DNA from: a virus
Taxonomy: Duplodnaviria; Caudoviricetes
IMG/VR virus record: IMGVR_UViG_3300020045_018325
Coordinates: 1-36,244 of that record
DNA length: 36,244 nucleotides
Strand: one strand, 5' to 3'
The notes under the pieces are model-generated. The model saw nothing but the letters and a program-made list of their open reading frames with translations. It searched no databases and was not told where the DNA came from. The position numbers were made by a program, and so were the translations under genes. The first letter of the stretch is position 1, and each line of letters starts with the position of its first letter. Positions 17,752-25,737 of the stretch are shown here, piece by piece.

Positions 17752-18059
17752 GTCACGCCAAAGCTGCGGCGAAGGCAAAAAAGAAAGTTACTATTGGTAA
17801 GGATATTAAGATTAAACGGGGCCAGGAATTAAAGCTCAAAAAAAAACCTGGCGGCTCCAATGTTGGTAAATACAAAGGGGTTAAGAAGGGAGACTTTGCG
17901 GGTCCTAAGGGAGGATCCCCAAGCGGTTCGTTTCCTATTAATACTAAGGGCCGTGCACGTTCTGCTCTTGCTTATTCCCATAATGCTCCTGATCCTGAAG
18001 GGATAAGGAAGTCTGTATATTTGAAGTATCCTTCACTCAAGAAAAAAGGAAATAAATGA
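17739..18059 (+). CDS. Lys-rich small protein
   Basis: GGAGGG RBS; GSFPINTKGRARSALAYSHNAP motif. Confidence 0.7.
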   Translation: MGKVSHAKAAAKAKKKVTIGKDIKIKRGQELKLKKKPGGSNVGKYKGVKKGDFAGPKGGSPSGSFPINTKGRARSALAYSHNAPDPEGIRKSVYLKYPSLKKKGNK

Positions 18060-18223
18060 AAAAACCTTGTTCATACAAAAAGATCAAAGAGCATCTTAAA
18101 GATGACATGAAGACCTTTGATAAAGAAAAAACTGATGATAAGAAGTTGCTTATCGTTTTAAAAAAGAAACCTAAAAAGAACCCGTCTACGCCAAAGGCTA
18201 CGCCGAGGCGCGGAAGAAAATAA
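18056..18223 (+). CDS. Lys-rich small protein (55 aa, not in the ORF track)
   Basis: ATGA overlap and AAGGA RBS; MKKPCSYKKIKEHLKDD...PSTPKATPRRGRK. Confidence 0.6.
   Translation: MKKPCSYKKIKEHLKDDMKTFDKEKTDDKKLLIVLKKKPKKNPSTPKATPRRGRK
18181..18212 (+). repeat. REP-like element (family A), in a CDS
   Basis: cccgtCTACGCCAAAGGCTACGccgaggcg. Confidence 0.65.
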
Positions 18224-18273
18224 ATCTTCGCTTTTCTGTTTTCATGGTTGTTTTCATTACGACTACCTTTTTT

Positions 18274-18310
18274 CCCCTGATAAGTGTGTTACTTATTGGG
18301 GGTTTTTTTT
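18274..18310 (+). terminator. Intrinsic terminator
   Basis: CCCCTGATAAGT-gtgtt-ACTTATTGGGGG followed by T8. Confidence 0.75.
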
Positions 18311-18365
18311 AGATATGGTATTTTCCATGCGCTTATATGTCAATTGAGTGGGAAAAGTAGGAAAA

Positions 18366-18839
18366 ATGATTACAAAAAAAGAAAACGTAGGAAAATCTGC
18401 TTATGATCTCCTTATGCAGGAGCACAAGCAATTTAGCCCCATAGAATATGAACGTGAGATGCACAAGGATTATGAGAAAGAGATCCATGCATGCATAAAA
18501 TATCATAGCGATCTCTTCAAGGAAGATTTCTACGTAGTCGTATTACGTAAACGTGAACGGTTAATGGAGAATGTATTCAGGACCTATTTCTTTGGCAGAA
18601 GATCGTGTCCTACACCAACTTATGATCAGACTGTATACAAATATAGCTATCATCCCGGTGATATAGAGTTCATATGGACTATTCCTGATCTTGAGACATG
18701 CACAATTATGAAGCGTGATGCTCTGTTGGTTCCTAAAGAAGAGCGTGATCTTCTTAATTTTGTATTGGATTTCTATTCAGGAGTATTAGATATGAAGGCA
18801 GCAATATTAAATAATGAAGTTCAACTTATAGAAGGATAA
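18366..18839 (+). CDS. Hypothetical head-module protein
   Basis: AGGA RBS; R.SCPTPTYDQTVYKY...EFIWTIPD; lies between portal and scaffold. Confidence 0.7.
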   Translation: MITKKENVGKSAYDLLMQEHKQFSPIEYEREMHKDYEKEIHACIKYHSDLFKEDFYVVVLRKRERLMENVFRTYFFGRRSCPTPTYDQTVYKYSYHPGDIEFIWTIPDLETCTIMKRDALLVPKEERDLLNFVLDFYSGVLDMKAAILNNEVQLIEG

Positions 18840-18841
18840 GT

Positions 18842-19537
18842 ATGGAAGAAAACCTCATGGAGAATGAAAATGTTACGTCCGGAACAGAAACCGTCATGGG
18901 CCATAATGAGACGCAGGAATCGTCTGTACAAGCAAACACACAGTCTGTATCTCAAACGGGGGGGCAATCAGATAACTTCAGAAACCTTAGACAAGCCAAA
19001 GATCGAGCAGAGCAACGAGCTCTTCTTGCAGAACAACGAGCAAGAGATCTTGAAGCGAAGTACAAGCAGCCTGAACCGGAGTATGCTCCAGATGACCTGG
19101 TCCAACGAGACTATGTAGATCGTAAATTAGAGAATCAGAGACGCGAGATTCAGCAACTTTCTACTGAATATAAGCTCAAGACTAACTATCCTGACTTCGA
19201 TAAGGTAGTAAATACAGAGACTATAGAGCTTCTTAAAGAGAAAAATCCTACCATGGCTCTTGCCCTTTCTCAGGTTCCTGATGAATATGCTAAAGCAGCA
19301 GCAGCCTATGAAGCTATACGCAATTTAGGTCTATATAATGAAGATGTATATGCAAAAGACAGGGATGCTGCACAACAGCGTGCAAATTCACCTCGCCCTC
19401 TGGCCAGCATATCACCACAAAAGAATGACTCTCCTCTTGCACAGGCTAATGCTTTTGCCAACGGACTAACCGATGATCTTAAAAAGTCACTTTGGAAAGA
19501 GATGAATCAATTTAGAAATAATAGCTGGGGATCATAA
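18842..19537 (+). CDS. Putative scaffolding protein
   Basis: Acidic N-terminus, coiled coil NFRNLRQAKDRAE, YPDFDKVV; upstream of the capsid gene. Confidence 0.7.
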   Translation: MEENLMENENVTSGTETVMGHNETQESSVQANTQSVSQTGGQSDNFRNLRQAKDRAEQRALLAEQRARDLEAKYKQPEPEYAPDDLVQRDYVDRKLENQRREIQQLSTEYKLKTNYPDFDKVVNTETIELLKEKNPTMALALSQVPDEYAKAAAAYEAIRNLGLYNEDVYAKDRDAAQQRANSPRPLASISPQKNDSPLAQANAFANGLTDDLKKSLWKEMNQFRNNSWGS

Positions 19538-19538
19538 G

Positions 19539-19580
19539 AAAAGGCGTATATAAGCTTTAGGGATCTTATATACGCCTTTT
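19539..19580. terminator. Bidirectional terminator
   Basis: AAAAGGCGTATATAAG-N10-CTTATATACGCCTTTT (16-bp stem) between convergent genes. Confidence 0.8.
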
Positions 19581-19630
19581 GGAGAGTTGTGATAATAAAG
19601 TATACACTTGAAAAAAAGATAGAGTATAGT

Positions 19631-20272
19631 TTAATAGTATCTATTGTTACAGTTCTCTTTATGAGAGACCCAACGGCAATTACCAGGTTCGTAGTTTCCA
19701 TTATTATCTATGCGATCTATAGTCATTTTTGGTGGCCGATCACCCATGTCTTTATAGAAATTTTCAAATTTAAGCCATTGTTCGCATACTTTTATACCAC
19801 GACCGCCATACCTGTTAAAAAACCTTGATTTGGGATTAGTACAGCGTTGTATCATAGTTCTCCATACAAAATAAATATTGGTTTTATGCATTCCATGAGT
19901 TTTATTATTTTCTGCAACTTCACGGTTATGGCATATAGTACATTGCTTTGACTTTCCTGATCTTAAATCAGCAGCGCAGTGTAATCCTATGGTCCCACAG
20001 TCACACTCGCATTCAAATCTAAGTAGCTTTCTGTGCACATCAACAAATTTCTTTATTGTCCATTTTCCATACTTCTTTCCTATCTCTTTTTCTGGATTAT
20101 AAAGTTTGTAGTACTGACATTCTGCGCACTGTTTAGACCGACCTGCATTCAATGTAGCAGTAGGAATTATTCTTAGGTTTCCACAAGAGCATAAACACTC
20201 ATAGTTTCTACCCGGTTTAACATCAGGTGCATAAGCCAAAACTGTCCATTCACCAAATTTCTTGCCAATCAT
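19631..20272 (-). CDS. Free-standing HNH-like homing endonuclease
   Basis: Two IGKK(F/Y)G.WT...C.C.CG...L..G.SKQC repeats; WRTMIQRC..YGGRGIKVCEQW; TIDRIDNNGNYEPGNCRW...EN..N. Confidence 0.8.
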   Translation of the reverse strand: MIGKKFGEWTVLAYAPDVKPGRNYECLCSCGNLRIIPTATLNAGRSKQCAECQYYKLYNPEKEIGKKYGKWTIKKFVDVHRKLLRFECECDCGTIGLHCAADLRSGKSKQCTICHNREVAENNKTHGMHKTNIYFVWRTMIQRCTNPKSRFFNRYGGRGIKVCEQWLKFENFYKDMGDRPPKMTIDRIDNNGNYEPGNCRWVSHKENCNNRYY

Positions 20273-20291
20273 TTTAGAACCTTTCTATAAT
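20262..20291 (+). promoter_or_regulatory. Sigma70-like promoter for the capsid operon
   Basis: TTGCCA-N18-TATAAT. A promoter is needed here because a terminator follows the scaffold gene. Confidence 0.55.
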
Positions 20292-20297
20292 ACCAGT

Positions 20298-20390
20298 TGA
20301 GCGTAAACCGAAGATGTCGCTAATCTTCACAACTGGACGCAAATCGGGATTCGTCCTCCGATGACGCAAGTTAAAGTCTCGTCAACTTAA
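20298..20390 (+). ncRNA. Candidate cis-regulatory RNA: three tandem H-type pseudoknots
   Basis: Repeating RCG-YAA...TCGY pattern, each unit with a second crossing stem (see findings). Confidence 0.55.
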
Positions 20391-20462
20391 GTTAAATAAT
20401 ACCGATACCCATAATGATACATTAAAAATGGGTATGAGTCAAATAACTTAGGAGGCAATAAT

Positions 20463-21410
20463 ATGCCTATAACAACAACTACAGTGTTACCGGCTCCGGT
20501 GCAGCAAAGTTTTTCAAACAAACTTTTAAGTGTGCCAGTTCCGAACATGATCCATCAAATTCCGGCTATGAAAAAAAATATGCCACGAAATGGTGGAAGA
20601 TTTTTAAGGATGCGTAGATATAATCCATTGCCTACAGCCTTAGTGCCTTTGGGTAATACGGGTGTAACGCCACCTGCTGTACAGTTGACTGCTGTGGATA
20701 TTGATGCACAAATTCAATTCTACGGACAATACATACAGCTTAACGAACAAGTGACCCTACAAAATCAGGACCCTGTTTTGAACGAAGCAGCGGCTCGTCT
20801 TGGTGTTTCACTTCGTCAAACTGAAGACGAACTCACACGTAATATGCTTGCAGCAACTGCTGGCTTTATTAACTGTGTTGGTGGCGTTAATGGTGACAAT
20901 CCTACTGAAATCACCCGTTCAGATGTTGATACGGTGGTACGTACATTGCTTGATAACAATGCATATACCATTCTAGATAACATCGAAGGTGAAGATAAGT
21001 TCGGTACGGCGCCGGTTCGTGATGCTTATTTTGCTCTCTGTTCAACTAACTTGACTGGAGATCTTGATAACGTTGCTGGATTTATTCAAAAGAACCAATA
21101 CCCATCACCAATGAATGCATTGCGTTCTGAGTGGGGTTCTATTGGTAATTTAAGGTTCTTAGTATCCTCTATCGGTTCAGTTACTCCAAATGCTTCTGCA
21201 AATAATGCCAATGTATACGGAATATTCTGTGTTGGTATGGAAGCATATGCAGTTATTGAGCAAGATGGCTATTCAGCAACCTTTATCTATCGCCCACCGA
21301 TCTATGATGGCCCATTGGCTCTCAATGCATCTGTCGGTTGGAAGATGGCTCAAGTTCCGCGTATTACTAACGATCTTTGGATCATTAACCTGCGCGCAAC
21401 GCTAGCTTAA
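20463..21410 (+). CDS. Major capsid protein (N4-gp56 family)
   Basis: AGGAGG RBS; MPRNGG..LRMRRYNPL, QFYGQYIQLNEQV, SEWGSIGNLRFLVS, VGWKM...ITNDLWI. Confidence 0.92.
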   Translation: MPITTTTVLPAPVQQSFSNKLLSVPVPNMIHQIPAMKKNMPRNGGRFLRMRRYNPLPTALVPLGNTGVTPPAVQLTAVDIDAQIQFYGQYIQLNEQVTLQNQDPVLNEAAARLGVSLRQTEDELTRNMLAATAGFINCVGGVNGDNPTEITRSDVDTVVRTLLDNNAYTILDNIEGEDKFGTAPVRDAYFALCSTNLTGDLDNVAGFIQKNQYPSPMNALRSEWGSIGNLRFLVSSIGSVTPNASANNANVYGIFCVGMEAYAVIEQDGYSATFIYRPPIYDGPLALNASVGWKMAQVPRITNDLWIINLRATLA

Positions 21411-21421
21411 AGGAGAATACG

Positions 21422-22474
21422 ATGGCTTTAGATACTGTAATACTACAAGGTAGATTTACCGCTGATGGTAATGCAAAAACTATAGAACTACGTTCCGATT
21501 GGGACTGGATGCGCGTATATAACCAAACGGTTATGTTTGCTGCCGGTAACGATGATGGTGCAGAGTTCTATTTTCAGCGTGGTATGACTGATGGTCGTGG
21601 TGTTTTGTACAATAAAGAAGCAACCATTGGAGCGTTGGTACCAAGCCAATTAGCTGCTAATGAAGGATTCTTTTATGTAGATTCATCTATAGTTACTCCA
21701 AGTGCACGTGCTGCATTGACTGGATTAACTGCGGCTAATCCCCCTGTTGTTACCTCAGCAGGACATGGTCTATCTGTTGGTGATATTGTACGTTTTGATA
21801 CGCTCAATAATCAACCACAAATATCCGGTATGGATTTCTCAGTTACTGCTGCTGGTGCAACATTCACTATTGGTAACATTAACCTACTTAACTCTACGGC
21901 TTCGACTTCAGGATTCTGGAGAAGGATTCCGTATGATGCAATGTTCTATCCTCGTCGTAGATTTATTACCTACGTATCGAGTGAAGCACAATGTAAGGTC
22001 TATATGTCTGTAACTCATGGTTACACCGTAGGCCAATCCATACGTCTACAGTTCCCTGGCGGTTCATCCGTTTGGGGTGATTATGCTGAATTGCATGAAG
22101 TGCAAGCAACTATCTTAGAGATAAATGTTGCACGTGCAGGCAATGAGCCTAATAACGGTGGTACGGCAAATAACATTGTCCTTGATGTAGATACTTCTAT
22201 ATTCACTGCATGGAATGCTTCATTTGGAGCAGGCCTAAACCAAGCTTATCCAGCTTCAACAGCAGTTCCATTTAGCAATGCTCAAGTGGTACCTATTGGA
22301 GAAGATACAGCCTTTGCATTGACTCAAGGTGCAGACATTTTGGATGATGCTACAAGAAATACAGCAGTACTTGGTGTACGTCTTTCCGCTGGTGCTAATT
22401 CACCTGCTGGTCAGGCTGATGACGTCATTTATTGGGTTGCAGGTAAATCGTTCAGTAATAACGATGAAGTGTAA
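21422..22474 (+). CDS. Virion protein (decoration-like) with FCCH-like beta domains
   Basis: AAGGAG RBS; TAANPPVVTSAGHGLSVGDIVRF and THGYTVGQSIRL motifs. Confidence 0.7.
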   Translation: MALDTVILQGRFTADGNAKTIELRSDWDWMRVYNQTVMFAAGNDDGAEFYFQRGMTDGRGVLYNKEATIGALVPSQLAANEGFFYVDSSIVTPSARAALTGLTAANPPVVTSAGHGLSVGDIVRFDTLNNQPQISGMDFSVTAAGATFTIGNINLLNSTASTSGFWRRIPYDAMFYPRRRFITYVSSEAQCKVYMSVTHGYTVGQSIRLQFPGGSSVWGDYAELHEVQATILEINVARAGNEPNNGGTANNIVLDVDTSIFTAWNASFGAGLNQAYPASTAVPFSNAQVVPIGEDTAFALTQGADILDDATRNTAVLGVRLSAGANSPAGQADDVIYWVAGKSFSNNDEV

Positions 22475-22496
22475 TTAATCTGTAATTAAACGGTAA

Positions 22497-22524
22497 GTAC
22501 CCCGTGGGGCGCCCCACGGGGTAC
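22497..22524. repeat. Perfect 28-bp GC-rich palindrome
   Basis: GTACCCCGTGGGGCGCCCCACGGGGTAC. Confidence 0.9.
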
Positions 22525-22543
22525 AAGAAAGTAGGAAAAAACT

Positions 22544-22993
22544 ATGACTCAATCAGTACAAAGTTCAGTTGCTATCCAAGAAAGCACACGATTAGATACG
22601 CTTAAAAATCTCAAAGCGATGTGTGAACGCGATAGAGAGAAAGTTAAGGGTATATTCCGTTTTTTTGAATGCCCAGGTGGTTCGCTTAATTTCTGTTTCA
22701 GAGCTTATAAATGGGATCCCGTAGAACGCTATGATTTAACTGATGGCGAAATATGCACCATACCTCTTGGTGTGGCTAAGCATCTTAATAAGAATGGCTG
22801 GTATCCACAGCACCATTATTTAATGAATGAAAGCGGTTTACCTCAGATGCGTATAGGACAAAAGAAGAGAAGATTTGGATTCCAAAGTCTCGAGTTTATT
22901 GATCCTGCTGAAATTGGTGAAGCTACTGAAACACAAATGTTGACTGCAGAAGAGCTTACCACATCAGAGAAAGCTTCATTGCGCAAAAAATAG
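22544..22993 (+). CDS. Hypothetical structural-module protein
   Basis: AGGA RBS; DGEICTIPLGVAKHLN. Confidence 0.7.
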   Translation: MTQSVQSSVAIQESTRLDTLKNLKAMCERDREKVKGIFRFFECPGGSLNFCFRAYKWDPVERYDLTDGEICTIPLGVAKHLNKNGWYPQHHYLMNESGLPQMRIGQKKRRFGFQSLEFIDPAEIGEATETQMLTAEELTTSEKASLRKK

Positions 22994-23011
22994 CTTTTTG
23001 GAAGGACCATA

Positions 23012-23371
23012 ATGGCCAATATCTTTGCTATAGAATTTCCTACTTATCTGCCCGCTATGCGCATTATTACCAATATAACACAAGATCTTGAGGCTGTAAT
23101 AACAACAAGCTTTGATCATAATTATATTTCTGGGGAAATAGTGCGCATTAGCGTACCTACGGTTCATGGAACATATCCATGGGGTATGGAGCAGATATTA
23201 AACCAACAGGGTGAAATCGTGGTTTTGTCGCCCACGACATTCAGTATAAGCATAGATACTCGCTATTATGACCCCTTCATTACCCCTGTAGGAGCAACTC
23301 AACGTCCGTTTGTAGTTCCTATAGGGGAAAATTCTGAGATGTTGACAGCAGCTACAAGAAATGTTTTGTAA
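23012..23371 (+). CDS. Virion protein with an FCCH-like domain
   Basis: ITNITQD..AVITTSFDHNYISGEIVRI resembles the domains of 21422..22474. Confidence 0.7.
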   Translation: MANIFAIEFPTYLPAMRIITNITQDLEAVITTSFDHNYISGEIVRISVPTVHGTYPWGMEQILNQQGEIVVLSPTTFSISIDTRYYDPFITPVGATQRPFVVPIGENSEMLTAATRNVL

Positions 23372-23417
23372 TAATTTTAGGATTGGTATGATAGCATCTG
23401 AATTAATAAAAGGAATA

Positions 23418-23463
23418 ACATGGCGAAGCCTGAAGAAGTCCTGAAAGGAACGAAGACATGGCG
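23418..23463 (-). repeat. REP-like element (variant B) flanked by an ACATGGCG direct repeat
   Basis: ACATGGCG-aagcctgaagaagtcctgaaaggaacgaag-ACATGGCG. Confidence 0.55.
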
Positions 23464-24453
23464 GATAGTTCTTTAGTTGCTATACAAACATTAGTACGTA
23501 GATTAACCAGGAGTCCTACTCCGGCTATTCTTAGTAATGTTGATCTTAATGAGCAGATAAATACTTTTATTCAGTATGACTTTCCTCAGCATCTTCGTTT
23601 GTGGAAGTCTAAAGTTACCTTTACGTTCTACACTCAACCTAATGTAGATGTATATGAGCCATCAGCTAATCCACTAGATCCACTTTTTCAATTTGATCAG
23701 ATATATACCTCTTTTGAGGGTCCGGTTTATTTCTCCGGCCAAGAAGGTAGGCTCACACAGAGTCGTGAAGAATTTTATAGAATATGGCCATTCACCAACA
23801 GCATTATTAATACACAGCTTGTGGGAGATGGTGTAACTTTGGCGTTTAACGGTACATTATCCCAGATACCGGTTCTTCCCCGCCAGGTTACCTTTACGGT
23901 TACTGATATAACTGGTGTAGCACTTGTGCTAAATGACAATGCGGGTACATTAGTGAGCCCAAATGTCGGGCAATTAGATAGCCCTGATGGTGTGAGTAAT
24001 GGAACGATAAATTATATTACTGGTGTTTTTGCTCTCAATTGGGGAACTGCTCCAGCAAATGCCAGTCCTATTATCGCCGAAGTATTTCCATATTCGCCCG
24101 GATATCCGGCTCTTATACTCTATTATGATACGCAGTTTACTATTAGACCTGTACCGAATATTGCTTATAAAGTGACCATGAATGCATATATACGCCCTAC
24201 AGAGTTATTAGCAGCAAATCAGTCACCTGAATTAGAACAGTGGTGGACTTACATAGCGTACGGTGCTAGTATAAAGATATTTCAGTACAGAATGGATATG
24301 CAGTCTGTTGAGATGATTATGCCTGAATTTAAGAAACAAGAATTGCTTTGTTTGAGAAGTACGATTGTTCAACAAGCTAACCAAAGGATATCTACAATTT
24401 ATACTACGCAGGTCGCACCTACTGGTTTTAATCCATACGGAAATCCATTTTGA
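23458..24453 (+). CDS. Putative head-tail adaptor
   Basis: IQTLVRRLT...LNEQINTF, FTIRPVPN..YKV, WTYIAYGAS; position in the structural module. Confidence 0.65.
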   Translation: MADSSLVAIQTLVRRLTRSPTPAILSNVDLNEQINTFIQYDFPQHLRLWKSKVTFTFYTQPNVDVYEPSANPLDPLFQFDQIYTSFEGPVYFSGQEGRLTQSREEFYRIWPFTNSIINTQLVGDGVTLAFNGTLSQIPVLPRQVTFTVTDITGVALVLNDNAGTLVSPNVGQLDSPDGVSNGTINYITGVFALNWGTAPANASPIIAEVFPYSPGYPALILYYDTQFTIRPVPNIAYKVTMNAYIRPTELLAANQSPELEQWWTYIAYGASIKIFQYRMDMQSVEMIMPEFKKQELLCLRSTIVQQANQRISTIYTTQVAPTGFNPYGNPF

Positions 24454-24459
24454 GGTATT

Positions 24460-25137
24460 GTGATGAATTTGAACAGGAAATGTAAGCATTGTGCAATAGA
24501 ACTGACAACAGAAAATGCTGCCAAAAAGAATGCATTTTATTTTAGAAATGAATGTAAAAAATGTCGCAGTAAAGAAATGATGAATTATCATACAGGTAAT
24601 CTGAAACGTAAGGCGTATATGAATGATTACAATCGTCGTATAGGAAAAGTAAAACAATATCCTTGTGAAACCTGTTCAGTGCTTTGTTACAAGAAATATA
24701 AAAAAGCCTTTTGTTCCGATATGTGCAGATTTTTATCATATGTCGACAAAACAGAAACGTGTTGGCTTTGGAATGGTGGAAAAGGAAGAAAAGGATATGG
24801 CAAATTCTCTTTTAGAGGGAATAAAACTGCTGTAGCATCTCGCGTGTCTTATGAATTATTTCATGGTCCAGTTGAAGAAAATATGTTTGTATGTCACACA
24901 TGTGATGTGCCTTTGTGTGTAAATCCTGAACATCTTTGGATGGGAACTCATCAAGAAAATATGATGGATATGACTCAAAAAGGTAGGCAAAGTTCAATCC
25001 TTACTCCAAAAATAGTTTACCAAATTAGAAAGTTATTTAATGAAGGTATAACCAATTCTGAATTGTGTGAAAAGTTTAAGAAAAGTTCTTCACAGATTAG
25101 TAATATAATAGCTCGAAGAATATGGAAGCATGTATAA
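24460..25137 (+). CDS. HNH homing endonuclease with N-terminal Cys motifs and a C-terminal HTH
   Basis: CWLWNG...GYGKF...SRVSYELFHG...VCHTCDVPLCVNPEHLWMGTHQENMMD. Confidence 0.9.
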   Translation: MMNLNRKCKHCAIELTTENAAKKNAFYFRNECKKCRSKEMMNYHTGNLKRKAYMNDYNRRIGKVKQYPCETCSVLCYKKYKKAFCSDMCRFLSYVDKTETCWLWNGGKGRKGYGKFSFRGNKTAVASRVSYELFHGPVEENMFVCHTCDVPLCVNPEHLWMGTHQENMMDMTQKGRQSSILTPKIVYQIRKLFNEGITNSELCEKFKKSSSQISNIIARRIWKHV

Positions 25138-25158
25138 AAATTATCAATAGGATAAAAA

Positions 25159-25737
25159 ATGGCATTCACACCAGACATCCCGCAGGCAAACCAAACGCTT
25201 GCGTCTACCCAACAACCTATATTAGAAAACTTTCAAGGGATTGATGTTCTCATAAATGTTAATCACGTAGATTTTGATCTTGCCGATCAGGGTAAACATA
25301 AATGGGTTTCTATGCCCAATCAGGGTGCTAATCCAACTACTACAGCCACAGAAGTTGCTATTTATTCACGGATAGATGCAACAACTACAGTTGCTGAACT
25401 TACCCTTAGAAGACCAAGCGATGGCACCGTTATTCCTATGAGTGCTACTGCTGGGACCACAAACGGTTGGACTATGTTACCATCTGGGATATTGATGAAA
25501 TGGGGCACTACAAATGCCACAGGGTCGGATAATATTAATGCAAACGCTTTTGGTAAAGCATTTACTACCCTTTATAGTGTGCAATTAACCAATAATACTA
25601 TTTTGAGTACAAGCGACACCTATGTTATGGGTGGTAATATTGTCGGAACAACTTTTGATGTATATGTCGGAAATAGAACTACACCTGGTACGGACGCTAC
25701 AGTTAATGTTAACTGGTTGGTGATAGGAGTACCATAA
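25159..25737 (+). CDS. Tail protein (gp53-like C-terminal domain)
   Basis: NGWTMLPSGILMKWG...F.KAFTTLYSVQLT...NWLVIG. Confidence 0.75.
   Translation: MAFTPDIPQANQTLASTQQPILENFQGIDVLINVNHVDFDLADQGKHKWVSMPNQGANPTTTATEVAIYSRIDATTTVAELTLRRPSDGTVIPMSATAGTTNGWTMLPSGILMKWGTTNATGSDNINANAFGKAFTTLYSVQLTNNTILSTSDTYVMGGNIVGTTFDVYVGNRTTPGTDATVNVNWLVIGVP

Noticed and set aside
20298-20390. CRISPR mini-array
   Set aside because: The units differ in sequence and conserve pairing, with no repeat-spacer pattern.
21422-23371. Ubiquitin E1 system
   Set aside because: Only FCCH-like beta domains typical of virion proteins are present; there is no adenylation domain.
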